DNA of 64,000 nt, taken from assembly GCA_040007275.1 (NCBI GenBank), contig JBDTVJ010000002.1, positions 749 through 64,748 of the forward strand, read 5' to 3'. The translations under genes and the position numbers were made by a program. A model generated the notes under the pieces. The model was not told the origin of the DNA and did no database searches. It saw only the letters and a list, made by a program, of their open reading frames with translations. Shown here piece after piece: positions 49,066-58,899 of the stretch; within the stretch, counting starts at the first letter, position 1, and every line of letters starts with the position of its first letter. The DNA is from Terracoccus sp. Its GTDB lineage: Bacteria > Actinomycetota > Actinomycetes > Actinomycetales > Dermatophilaceae.

Positions 49066-50760
49066 TCACTGCAGGCGGTTGACTGACTTCCTAAGCCCGG
49101 CGATGATCCGGGAGTAGTCGTCGGTGGGGCTGCCGCCGAGAACCGCACCCCAGGCGGGCACCAGCTCGACGCCGTAGCGGTGCCCGTAGCCGTCGGGCGT
49201 GTCGTGAGCAACCGGCATGTCGCTCGTCAGTTGCCAGAAGGTGGCGAACGGGATCCAGGTGACGTCGGGGTTGACGTCGTGACCGCGGGGCTCGCGCAAC
49301 CAGTCGGGCTGGGCCCCGAGCAGGTCAGGGTTCCACCACACGACGGGGTCGGACGGGTGCTGGGCGTAGACGAACCGCGGGAAGTCCCAGGTGCCGTAGG
49401 GACGCCCGTAGTAGTCGGTCGTCAGCTGCGTGCCACTCGTGGCGAACCGGATGTGCCTCCCGTCGTCGACGACCGGCGCGATCTCGGGAGATCCCGGGTT
49501 GCGCCTCGACGTGAGGCTCGCCCAGAGTGGGGTGAAGCTCGGGGTGCCGGCCCACACGCCGCCCTGCGCACGGGCCATCATGTCGTTGGCGTCGATGAAG
49601 GCCGCCTGACCGCCATACGACCCCAGCGACTCTCCCCCGACGACCAACATGGGCCGCTCACCCGCAGGCGTTCTGCTCCACGCCGCGTACACGGCGTCGA
49701 AGAGCGCCTTGCCCGCCTCGCTCGGTGTCTCGCGGTCGGTGAGGAACTGCGCCGCGCTGGGGAGGTAGGAGTACTGCATCGCCGCGATCGCGCTGTCGCC
49801 GTTGCTGAGGTACTCGAGCGCCTGGGCCTGGTAGTCGTCGACCCAGCCGGTGCCCGTCGTGGTGAACACGGCCAGCACCCGACGCCGGAACGCCCCCGTG
49901 CGCTCGAGCTCGGCGACCACCGACGCGGACACGTCGGCCAGGCTGCGCTCGTCGGGACGGCCGGCGTAGACGCGTATCGGGTCGAGGGCTGCCTTGCCGG
50001 TCGCGGCTCCGATCTCGGCCGCCGTGGGCACGCTCGTGACGAACATCTGCCCTTCATAACCGAGGCTGGCGTAGGGCACGAACGAGCCGGGGCCACCCGA
50101 GCGCAACGGCGAGGTCGGAGCGGCACGGCCCGAGGGGTTGTCGGCGTTGACCTGGGCGGCCGAGGCAGCGAAGGCCTGCATCGCGCGGCGGAAGATGACG
50201 CTGTCGGAGACCCAGGCTGCGCTCGTGACGACGATCACCACGGCGACCACGGTCGCCACCGTCTTCGGGAGCACATGGCCCACGACATCGGCCAGGCCCC
50301 TGCGCAGTGCCCGCAGCCCGCGGGCGATGCCGATCAGGGCAACAGCGATCACGGCGGCGAGGGCCAGGGCGCCGGCCCAGTCGAGGGGGCTGAGGGGCAC
50401 CAGGTGTACGACGGCCGCCGTGCGCGCTTGGGATCGGACGTTGCCGACTGTGGCCGCGAGCACCGCGAGCCCGAAGGCGATGGGAACTATCACGCGCAAC
50501 CAACGGATGGCTCGCTCGTTGATGAGGACGTGGAGCCCCACGAGGCGGGCGAGGTGGTGCGCCACCCAGAAGAGGAACACCCCGAGTGCGTAGCCGGCCG
50601 CGGCGCAGAGCCCGCTGACCAGGCCCTGGTAGTACCAGGTGCGGGGCAGCAGGCTCGGTGACATCGAGATCAGGAAGTAGTTCGCTGCGAAGAACAGGCC
50701 GGTGCGCGACAGGTGCCACCACGGGCGCCGTCTCGGCAGCATCGACCACATCTCCGGCAT
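49066..50760 (-). CDS. Membrane alpha/beta hydrolase (Abhydrolase_9)
   Basis: SPSLLPR, TTGTGW, QYSYLPS, GESLG, HPSDPVVWW. Confidence 0.9.
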   Translation of the reverse strand: MPEMWSMLPRRRPWWHLSRTGLFFAANYFLISMSPSLLPRTWYYQGLVSGLCAAAGYALGVFLFWVAHHLARLVGLHVLINERAIRWLRVIVPIAFGLAVLAATVGNVRSQARTAAVVHLVPLSPLDWAGALALAAVIAVALIGIARGLRALRRGLADVVGHVLPKTVATVVAVVIVVTSAAWVSDSVIFRRAMQAFAASAAQVNADNPSGRAAPTSPLRSGGPGSFVPYASLGYEGQMFVTSVPTAAEIGAATGKAALDPIRVYAGRPDERSLADVSASVVAELERTGAFRRRVLAVFTTTGTGWVDDYQAQALEYLSNGDSAIAAMQYSYLPSAAQFLTDRETPSEAGKALFDAVYAAWSRTPAGERPMLVVGGESLGSYGGQAAFIDANDMMARAQGGVWAGTPSFTPLWASLTSRRNPGSPEIAPVVDDGRHIRFATSGTQLTTDYYGRPYGTWDFPRFVYAQHPSDPVVWWNPDLLGAQPDWLREPRGHDVNPDVTWIPFATFWQLTSDMPVAHDTPDGYGHRYGVELVPAWGAVLGGSPTDDYSRIIAGLRKSVNRLQ

Positions 50761-50869
50761 GCTCCGAGACTAGGTGCCGGGCCGCCTCGACCGCCTCGGG
50801 GTTCTCACCGGTTGGCCTCGGGCATGACCCTGAACGGCGCTCGACCACGTGACCAGGGAGGATGGCTTC

Positions 50870-51712
50870 ATGACGAGCAACGAGCGGATCACGGCCTATG
50901 AGCGGGTCGGCCTCACCTTCGAGGTGACCGACTCCGGCCCCGTGGGCGGCCCGCCTGTCGTGCTGCTGCATGGCTTCCCGACCGACCGCACGAGCTGGCG
51001 GCACGTCGAGCCGCTCCTGCACGCGGCAGGGTGTCGAACCCTTGCGCCTGACCAGCGCGGCTACAGTCCTCGGGCGAGCCCACTCGGGCGGGCGGAGTAC
51101 CGCCTGGAAGAGCTCGTCGCCGACGTCGTGGCGCTCATCGACCTGGCTGGCAGAGACCAACAGGTGCCGGTGCACCTGGTCGGGCACGACTGGGGAGGCG
51201 CCGTGGCGTGGCTGGTGGCCGGCAACCATCCCGAGCGGATCGCGTCGGTCACCGTGCTGTCGACCCCGCACCCGGCCGCCCTGTCGCGGGCCCTCAAGAC
51301 CCGCGACCAGCTGCGTCGCTCGTGGTACATGGCGGCCTTCCAGCTGCCGTGGCTGCCCGAGCGGGCGGTCGCCGCCCGCTTCACGCAGCTGATGCTCGGC
51401 GGTGGCCTCCCGGCCGAGGACGTCGAGCGCTATGCCGCTCACCTGGCCCGTCCCGAGGCCTTGGCCGGGCCGATCAACTGGTACCGCGCGGCCGGGTCGT
51501 CCCACGTTCGGGCCCATCGGGTCACCGTGCCGAGCACCTACGTGTGGGGCAACCGCGACTTCGCGCTCGGGCCGCTCGCGGCTGAGCTGACCCGGGAGCA
51601 CGTCACGGGGCCCTACGAGTTCGTCGAGCTCACGGCCGGCCACTGGCTGCCGGAGAAGCGGCCCGAGGAGTGCGCCGACGCGATCGTGGCGCGCGTGCGC
51701 TCGACCGGCTGA
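50870..51712 (+). CDS. Epoxide hydrolase-like alpha/beta hydrolase
   Basis: LLHGFP, DQRGY, GHDWGG, GHWLPE. Confidence 0.92.
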   Translation: MTSNERITAYERVGLTFEVTDSGPVGGPPVVLLHGFPTDRTSWRHVEPLLHAAGCRTLAPDQRGYSPRASPLGRAEYRLEELVADVVALIDLAGRDQQVPVHLVGHDWGGAVAWLVAGNHPERIASVTVLSTPHPAALSRALKTRDQLRRSWYMAAFQLPWLPERAVAARFTQLMLGGGLPAEDVERYAAHLARPEALAGPINWYRAAGSSHVRAHRVTVPSTYVWGNRDFALGPLAAELTREHVTGPYEFVELTAGHWLPEKRPEECADAIVARVRSTG

Positions 51713-51810
51713 CCCGCCTCCGACCGGCATCCGCCATCCGCCAGGTTCCGGCGCCCACCAACACCGTCGAGTGGCCACTTTCGTTCGCGGGAACCGGTAC
51801 GGAAGTGGCC

Positions 51811-51885
51811 ACTCGACTTGGGACTGGGCCCCTACTCGACTTGGGACTGGGCCCCTACTCGACTTGGGACTGCGGCCCCACTCGA
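51811..51885 (+). repeat. 23-bp tandem repeat, 3 copies plus a partial
   Basis: ACTCGACTTGGGACTGGGCCCCT x2 plus a variant; no spacers. Confidence 0.9.
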
Positions 51886-52047
51886 GCTGAGGCTACGGCC
51901 CTGGCAGCGGGACTCAGTGAAGAACCCTGGCCGGATGCCGTGACAGCCTTGCTCGTCGGGCCGGCGACCTTACGCAGCGGGGAATCGTTGCGGACGGGTG
52001 ATACCCGGGCCCGGGAAGAGAGCACCCGCCGAGGGGGTTGCAGCAGT

Positions 52048-52767
52048 GTGAAGATCGACATCTGGACCGACATCGTGTGCCCATACTGCTACCTGGGCAG
52101 GAGCCATCTCGAGACCGCCCTCGCGGGCTATGAGCACCGCGACGAGGTCGAGGTCGCCTGGCACAGCTTCGAGCTCGACCGCAACGCAGAGGCCGTGTCT
52201 CATGAGGGCCTCATCGAGCTCGTGGCCGCGAAGTACGGCGCCAGTCGCGAGCAGATGGTGGCCCAGCACGAGTCGATGGCGACAGCCGCCCGTGAGCTCG
52301 GTCTGGAGTTCAACTGGGAACAGGCCCGACCGGGCAACACCTTCGACGCCCACCGGCTCGTGCACCTCGCCGCCGAGCGGGGCCTCGATGGGGTCGCACA
52401 CGAGCGTCTGATGAGGGCCTACTTCACGGAGGGCCGCCCGATCGGCGACCGCGAGACCCTGGCCGACCTGGCCGCTGAGATCGGGCTCGACCGCGACGAG
52501 GTGGCGGCCGTGCTGGACTCGGACGACTACGGCAACCATGTGCGCAGCGACGAGGCCACGGCCACCATGCTGGGCATCACCGGCGTGCCGTTCTTCGTGT
52601 TCGACCGCAAGTACGGCGTGTCCGGGGCCCAGCCGGTGAACGTGCTGACCCAGGCGTTGGAGACGGCCTGGTCGACCCGTCACGAGCGGCCCGAGCCGGT
52701 CACGGCATCCGCCGGGTGCGGTGGTGGCTGCGGGTCCGGGGGGTGTGGCGGCGCCTGCTCCCGCTGA
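52048..52767 (+). CDS. DsbA/FrnE-family oxidoreductase
   Basis: DIVCPYC, SFELD, NTFDAHRL, GVPFF, GAQP. Confidence 0.92.
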   Translation: MKIDIWTDIVCPYCYLGRSHLETALAGYEHRDEVEVAWHSFELDRNAEAVSHEGLIELVAAKYGASREQMVAQHESMATAARELGLEFNWEQARPGNTFDAHRLVHLAAERGLDGVAHERLMRAYFTEGRPIGDRETLADLAAEIGLDRDEVAAVLDSDDYGNHVRSDEATATMLGITGVPFFVFDRKYGVSGAQPVNVLTQALETAWSTRHERPEPVTASAGCGGGCGSGGCGGACSR

Positions 52768-52832
52768 CGGCCGGCTCACGACCGGGCCCGACAGCACACG
52801 CAAGCGGCACGGTACGCCTACGGTGGGGTGGC

Positions 52833-53237
52833 ATGGCGCACCCGATCATGTTCGACGTTGACGACCCGTACCTCGCGCGGCTGCGGGCGATCTGTCTCGC
52901 CCTCCCCGAGGCCGACGAGAAGGTGGCCCACGGGCGCCCGACCTTCTTCACCAAGAAGGTTTTCGCCTACTACGGCGGCACCATCAAGGGCGACCACGAC
53001 CCCGAGCCCTACGGGCAGTCGCTGCTCTTCGACCCCGACCCCGACGACCGCCCGGCCCTGCTGGCCGACCGTCGGTTCTTCGAACCCGCGTACCTCGGGC
53101 CGTACGGCTGGCTCGGCCTGAACTTCCGGCCGGCGGGCGGCGTCGCCAAGATCGACTGGACCGAGGTGGCCGAGCTCGTCGACGCCTCGTACCGGCGCAC
53201 CGCCCCCGCCCGGCTGGTCAAGGCCCTCGATGGGTGA
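52833..53237 (+). CDS. MmcQ/YjbR family protein
   Basis: LRAICLALPE..HGRPTF..PAYLG..GW..DW.EV.ELV..SYR. Confidence 0.88.
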   Translation: MAHPIMFDVDDPYLARLRAICLALPEADEKVAHGRPTFFTKKVFAYYGGTIKGDHDPEPYGQSLLFDPDPDDRPALLADRRFFEPAYLGPYGWLGLNFRPAGGVAKIDWTEVAELVDASYRRTAPARLVKALDG

Positions 53238-54112
53238 GACTCCGGGATCGGACCACCCGAACGACTCACGCCGGGTGCGGCGCGCGCACAGTCAAGACCG
53301 CCACCCGGTGCGCGTCGAGTGGGGAGCCGACGGCGCACTTGCCCTCACGCGCTACGCCGTCGGGCAGGGTGGACGCGTGTACGCAGTGGTCATCGACGTG
53401 CTGAGCTTCACCACGAGCGTCTCCGTCGCGGCGGATGCCGGCCTCCCCGTGCTGCTCTACCGGTGGGGCCACGACGGAGCCCGAGCCTTCGCCGACGAGC
53501 GGTCGGCGGTGTTGGCCCAGCCTCGTTCGCATCGGTGTGACGGCGGGATCAGCCTGTCTCCGAGGTCGATTCGAGAGCAAGGCCGCGAGAGCGATCGTGC
53601 TGCCGCCCCCCAACGGCTGCGCGATCACCCAGGTGTTGGCCGATTCCGGCGCGATCGTCGTCGCCGGCGCGCTGCGTAACCGGGCAGCGGTAGGTCAGTG
53701 GCTCGCCGGACGTCTCGACGAGCCGCAGCACCGCCAGACCGTGGTGCTGCTCGTGCCCGCGGGTGAGCGATGGCCCGACGGCTCGTTGCGCCCCGCCGTC
53801 GAGGACCTCTGGGGCGCCGGCGGTGTGGCGGCGGCGATCCTGCAACGTCTCGGGGCCACGCCCGAGGGCCACCCGGCATCCGGGCTGCTCAGCCCTGAGG
53901 CCGAAACGGCCCGTCTGGCCTTCACCGGGGTACGGGACCGCGTGGCCAACGAACTGGCCGCGTGTGCGAGCGGACGCGAGCTCGTGGAGTCGGGCTGGTC
54001 CGACGACGTGGCTATCGCCGGTGAGCTCGACTCGAGCCTCAGCGTTCCGGTGCTGGTCGACGGCGCCTTTCAGGCCGAGGCGTCACTGCCCGATCGCCGA
54101 CCAGAAGGTTGA
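53230..54112 (+). pseudogene. 2-phosphosulfolactate phosphatase (ComB family), frameshifted near 53580
   Basis: VVIDVLSFTT in one frame; PNG..RN..AGERW..EDLWGAG..SGREL in another. Confidence 0.8.
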
Positions 54113-55468
54113 CGCCACCTTCGAGGGTCTGCCGGTACGCCCCTCCGACCAGTCGGCCGACGACATCAGCGCGGTGACCGCGTTGACACCCAGCCAGCGC
54201 AGCGGTTCGGGCTCCCAGCGAGGTGACGAACGCCCCGCCCAGGGCAGCTTCGCCAGGTCGTCGGGGTCGTCGTCGCGAATCATCGCGGCAAGGGTGCGAC
54301 CGGCCAGGGCCGAGGTGGCGACGCCGTCACCCACGTACCCACCGGCGAAGGCGAGACCCGTGCGTCGGTCGTGCCGCACGGAGGGGAACCAGTCGCGTGG
54401 CACGCCGAGGTTCCCACCCCACGCGTGGGTGAAGGCAACCTCGGACAGTACCGGGAAGAGCTCGACGAGAATCTGGCGCAGCTTTGCGTGCACCTTGGGA
54501 TCGCGGTCGAAAGCGGGCGACACCCGGGATCCGAAGTGATAGGGAGCGCCCCTGCCCCCGAAAGCGATTCGACCGTCACGCGTGCGCTGTCCATAGATCG
54601 TCAGGTGCCGGTTGTCGGCGAACGTCGTGCGGTTGTCAAGCCCGACGGCGGCGAGCAGCTCGGGGCTGAGGGGCTCGGTGGCCGTCATGAGCGAGTAGAC
54701 CGGAGCGATGGCACGGCGTCGCCCGGCGACCAAGGGTGTGTAGCCCTCCGTCGCCAGCACGACATGCTCGGCGCGGACCCTCCCCTCGGGGGTGGTGACC
54801 CGGCCGGGGCTGACCTCGAGCGCGTGCGACCGCTCGTAGATCGTGGCCCCCCGGCGCTCGACGGCGCGGGCCAGTCCGCGCACGAGGCGAGCCGGGTGGA
54901 TGGCCGCGCAGTGCGGTGTGAAGGCCCCGCCGATCGCCCCCGCCACCGAGGCGATGGCCGCCACCTCGGCCGCTCCGAGAAGCCGATGGTGTTCGTCGCC
55001 GAAACCCCAGGCTGCGTACTCGGAGACCTCCTCCCGCTCGCGCTCGAGCTGGGCGGTGTTGCGGGCGACCGAGAGGTACCCGCCCTGGTCGAAGTGGCAG
55101 TCGATGCCCTCGCGCTCGGCGATGCGGCCCACCTCGGGAACCGTGTCGTGCAGCTGCTGTTGCAGCCGCACCGCGCCGTCACGACCTCCCTCGGCCGCCA
55201 TCCGTCGCAGGGAGGTCGGGAACAGTGCGGAGCACCACCCGCCGTTGCGGCCCGAGGCCCCGAAACCGGCGATCTCCGCCTCGATGACCGCGATGCGGAT
55301 GGAGGCATCGGCCGCGAGCAGGTGGTAGGCCGTCCACAGGCCGGTGTACCCGGCCCCGACGATGGCGACGTCGACGTCCATGTCGCCCGACAGGCGAGGT
55401 CGAGGCGTGAGGTCGTCGTCGACGCTCTCGTGCCACAGGCTGAGACCACGGTATCCAGTGTCGGGCAT
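54083..55468 (-). CDS. FAD-dependent amine oxidoreductase (PuuB/DAO-like)
   Basis: IVGAGYTGLW, GASGRNGG, LATEGY, WEPEPLRWLG. Confidence 0.9.
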   Translation of the reverse strand: MPDTGYRGLSLWHESVDDDLTPRPRLSGDMDVDVAIVGAGYTGLWTAYHLLAADASIRIAVIEAEIAGFGASGRNGGWCSALFPTSLRRMAAEGGRDGAVRLQQQLHDTVPEVGRIAEREGIDCHFDQGGYLSVARNTAQLEREREEVSEYAAWGFGDEHHRLLGAAEVAAIASVAGAIGGAFTPHCAAIHPARLVRGLARAVERRGATIYERSHALEVSPGRVTTPEGRVRAEHVVLATEGYTPLVAGRRRAIAPVYSLMTATEPLSPELLAAVGLDNRTTFADNRHLTIYGQRTRDGRIAFGGRGAPYHFGSRVSPAFDRDPKVHAKLRQILVELFPVLSEVAFTHAWGGNLGVPRDWFPSVRHDRRTGLAFAGGYVGDGVATSALAGRTLAAMIRDDDPDDLAKLPWAGRSSPRWEPEPLRWLGVNAVTALMSSADWSEGRTGRPSKVASTFWSAIGQ

Positions 55469-55609
55469 GGCCTGAGTATGCCGCTACTGGAGTCGTGGCG
55501 CGAGGGCGATTCTGCCCACTGATCCTGATCAAAACCGGGGGTGCACCTACTGGATCCGAAGGCCGTCATCACGAGCGCCCTCTTTCGATCACCGCGGAAA
55601 GGGGGCAGG

Positions 55610-56980
55610 ATGCCGGTCATGACCTCCGTCGACCGTGCCCGTCTCACCCAGCTGCTCGAGCGCGAGCGCTCCACGTTCGCCGCCGCCCGGCCACGCTCGG
55701 AGGCGCTGGCCGACCGCGCGCGCCAGCACATGCCGGCCGGCGTGCCGATGAGCTGGATGGCCAAGTGGCCGGGGCCCTTCCCCGTTTTCGTCGACCGAGC
55801 CGCCGGGGCCCACTTCACCTGCGCCGACGGCATCGACCACATCGACTTCTGCCTCGGTGACACCGGGGCGATGATGGGCCACAGCCCCGCAGCGACGGTG
55901 ACCGCCATCGAACGCCAGCTCACTCGAGGCATCACCACGATGCTGCCCACCGAGGACTCCATCGTGGTCTCCGCGGGGTTGGCCGAGCGCTTCGGCCTGC
56001 CCTACTGGCAGTTCACCCTGACCGCCACAGACGCCAACCGGCACGTGATTCGGTACGCCCGCCACCTCACCGGCCGCTCCAAGGTCGTCGTGCACGACTA
56101 CTGCTACCACGGGTCGGTCGACGAGGCCTTCGCCACGCTGTCCGACGACGGCCGCACCGTTGACCGCCGTGGCAACATCGGCGCTCCGGTCGACACGTCC
56201 GAGACGACGCGCGTCGTGCCCTTCAACGACCTCGAGGCGCTGGATGCCGCCCTGGCGCACGGCGACGTCGCCGCCGTCCTGGTCGAGCCCGCCCTGACCA
56301 ACATCGGCATCGTGCTGCCCGAACCGGGGTACAACGAGGCGGTTCGCGAGCTGGCCACCCGCCACGGCGCCCTGCTCATCAACGACGAGACGCACACGAT
56401 CTGCGCCGGCCCCTCGGGCTACACCGGCCAGCACGGTCTCGAGCCTGACTTCCTCGTCATCGGCAAGTCGATCGGAGGCGGCGTGCCCTGCGGCACCTTC
56501 GGGTTCAGTGGCGAGGTGGCCGATCGGATCGCCCGATCGATCCTGCTGGAGGACATCGACGTGGGCGGGATCGGCGGCACCCTGGCCGGCAACGGCCTCT
56601 CGATGGCGGCCATGAGGGCGACGCTCGAGCAGGTGATGACCCCATCGGCCTACGACCACATGGTGCCGCTGGCCGACGCGTGGGCCGACGGTGTGCAGGC
56701 CGGCATCGAGGCGGTGGGCGCCGACTGGTGCGTGACGCGTCTGGGCGCCCGGGCCGAGTACACCTTCTCGGGTCTTCCACCGCGCAGTGGGCGCGACGCC
56801 GCCGAGTCAGACGACTTCGAGCTGCAGCAGCTGCTCCACCTCCGCGCCCTCAACCGGGGCATCCTGCTGACGCCGTTCCACAACATGGCGCTGATGTGTC
56901 CCGACACCACCCGGGCCGACGTCGACGCCCACACCACGATGTTCGCCGAGTGCGTCAGCGAGCTGTTCCCCGGTTCCTGA
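55610..56980 (+). CDS. Class III aminotransferase (GSA-aminomutase-like)
   Basis: GVPMSWM, DFCLGDTG, YHG, DETHT, GKSIGGG PLP lysine, GTLAGN. Confidence 0.9.
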   Translation: MPVMTSVDRARLTQLLERERSTFAAARPRSEALADRARQHMPAGVPMSWMAKWPGPFPVFVDRAAGAHFTCADGIDHIDFCLGDTGAMMGHSPAATVTAIERQLTRGITTMLPTEDSIVVSAGLAERFGLPYWQFTLTATDANRHVIRYARHLTGRSKVVVHDYCYHGSVDEAFATLSDDGRTVDRRGNIGAPVDTSETTRVVPFNDLEALDAALAHGDVAAVLVEPALTNIGIVLPEPGYNEAVRELATRHGALLINDETHTICAGPSGYTGQHGLEPDFLVIGKSIGGGVPCGTFGFSGEVADRIARSILLEDIDVGGIGGTLAGNGLSMAAMRATLEQVMTPSAYDHMVPLADAWADGVQAGIEAVGADWCVTRLGARAEYTFSGLPPRSGRDAAESDDFELQQLLHLRALNRGILLTPFHNMALMCPDTTRADVDAHTTMFAECVSELFPGS

Positions 56981-56984
56981 CCGG

Positions 56985-57743
56985 TCACGCGACGAGAGAG
57001 GGACGTCCGAAACGGGTCGCCACGCCCTCGGAGAAGAGCCCACGCAGGGGTTCGCCCGTCGGCCTGGCCCCGCTCGCCCCGAGCAGGTCGTCGCGTAGGT
57101 CGAGCACCTCGGCCGTTCGCAGCGGCCACGGCTCGTGCTCGTTCGGCACCCACACCGTGTGGCCGGCCACTCGAGTGTGGGCACCCCAACGCGCGGTCAG
57201 CCACGTCTCGAGCGGACTCGGCGCTACCGGTTCACCGACTCGAACCGACAGCACACTGCTCAGCCCGCGGTCCGGCATCCGGCGTCGGCTCGTGTACGTC
57301 ACGACGTCACCGTCGCGGCGCAGCGACAGCCGGGCCCACGTGTACGGGATCCCCAGACCGAGCCGGGCCGCCGGCACGACGAGCAGTCGCTGGGTCTCGA
57401 GAGAGCGGAACAGCACCCCGTGTCGGCCCTCGTCGTCAACCGAGTAGAGGCGGATGTTCGTCTCGAGGAAGCTGCCGAGCCAAGGGATTCGGGGCGAGGG
57501 CGCCCGCCCGAGCCGGATGCCGTCCATGACGAACGGTACGAGCGCGACGTAGGTGCGGCCGTCGGCGAAGACGTCGGGCCGCGTCCCCGCCGGGAACAGG
57601 TGGGCCACCGAGCCTGGTTCCACCGGCCAGTGCACGAACGTGACGTCTCGCCACACCTGGTCGAAGACGACCGGCCGACGCAACGGCGGCGGCAGCACCG
57701 GGTAGCCGGTGAGGAACGACTCGGCCTTCGACGCAGAACCCAC
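56985..57743 (-). CDS. YqjF/DUF2071 family protein
   Basis: Q.WRDVTFVHW, FLETNIRLY, GVLFRSL, WLTARW, HEPWPL. Confidence 0.88.
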   Translation of the reverse strand: MGSASKAESFLTGYPVLPPPLRRPVVFDQVWRDVTFVHWPVEPGSVAHLFPAGTRPDVFADGRTYVALVPFVMDGIRLGRAPSPRIPWLGSFLETNIRLYSVDDEGRHGVLFRSLETQRLLVVPAARLGLGIPYTWARLSLRRDGDVVTYTSRRRMPDRGLSSVLSVRVGEPVAPSPLETWLTARWGAHTRVAGHTVWVPNEHEPWPLRTAEVLDLRDDLLGASGARPTGEPLRGLFSEGVATRFGRPSLVA

Positions 57744-57853
57744 CCCTCATGGTCACACGGTCACGCGAACGCCGACGACGCGGGTGACCCGTCCGACGTT
57801 AGCCTGTCGGTCGTCAGGCCCTACCCGGGCGCGGACCGAACCGAAGGCCCACC

Positions 57854-58852
57854 GTGAGCGACGAAACCCCCACCACCACCCAGTCCCCCACCGTGGTGCC
57901 GCGGCGTAAGAGCATCAAGCTGGGCATCGTCGGTGCCGGTGCGGTGGGCTCGACGCTGGCCTACGCAGCACTGATTCGGGGGGCGGCCCACACCGTGGCC
58001 CTCTATGACATCAACCGGGACAAGGTGGAAGCTGAAGCGCTCGACCTCGGGCAAGGCATCCAGTTCGTGCCGATGGCGCGCGTGCAGGGCTCCGACGACA
58101 TCGCCGTGCTGGCCGACTCCGACGTCGTCGTCTTCACCGCCGGCGCCAAGCAGAAGCTGGGCCAGACGCGCCTCGACCTCGCCGAGTCGACCATCGCTAT
58201 CGTGCGTGAGCTCATGCCACGTCTGGTCGAGACGGCGCCCGATGCCGTGCACGTGATGGTGACCAACCCGGTCGACGTTGTGACCTACGCCGCCCTGTCG
58301 ATCTCGGGCCTGCCGCCCGAGCGGCTCTTCGGCTCGGGCACGGTCCTCGACTCGTCGAGGTTGCGCTTCGTGCTGGCCCAACGAACCGCGGTGGCCGCCC
58401 AGAACATCCACGCGTACGTCGTGGGTGAGCACGGTGACTCCGAGATCGCCGTCTGGTCATCGGCGATGATCGGCTCGGTACCGTTGCTGGAGTGGAAGGG
58501 CCCCGACGGCAGCCCCCTCTTCGACGCCCCGGCCCTGGCCGGGATCGCTACCGACGTCGTTCAGTCCGCTTACCGCGTCATCGCCGGCAAGGGCGCCACG
58601 AACTACGCCATCGGGCTGGCCGCCGTGCGAGTGCTCGAGGCCATCGTCAACGACGAGCGGCGCATCCTGCCCGTTTCCTCCCTCCTCGAGGGCTACCGTG
58701 GCCTGCGCGACGTCTGCCTCTCCGTGCCGGCCGTCGTGCACGCCGGTGGCGTCGGCGACCGCATCGAGGTGCCGATGACCGAGCTTGAGCTGGCTGGTCT
58801 GCATGCTTCGGCCCAGGCCGTTCAGGCGACCGCTCGGCGGTTCGGTTTCTGA
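57854..58852 (+). CDS. ldh: L-lactate dehydrogenase (NAD)
   Basis: GAGAVG, TAGAKQK.GQTRLDL, TNPVD, GSGTVLDSSR, GEHGDS. Confidence 0.93.
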   Translation: MSDETPTTTQSPTVVPRRKSIKLGIVGAGAVGSTLAYAALIRGAAHTVALYDINRDKVEAEALDLGQGIQFVPMARVQGSDDIAVLADSDVVVFTAGAKQKLGQTRLDLAESTIAIVRELMPRLVETAPDAVHVMVTNPVDVVTYAALSISGLPPERLFGSGTVLDSSRLRFVLAQRTAVAAQNIHAYVVGEHGDSEIAVWSSAMIGSVPLLEWKGPDGSPLFDAPALAGIATDVVQSAYRVIAGKGATNYAIGLAAVRVLEAIVNDERRILPVSSLLEGYRGLRDVCLSVPAVVHAGGVGDRIEVPMTELELAGLHASAQAVQATARRFGF

Positions 58853-58899
58853 GCCCGCCCGGCCGTCGTCGTAGAGTCAGGACCGACGACAGGAGACCG

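Noticed and set aside
51811-51885. Possible CRISPR array
   Set aside because: Repeats are contiguous with no spacers, and there are no cas genes.
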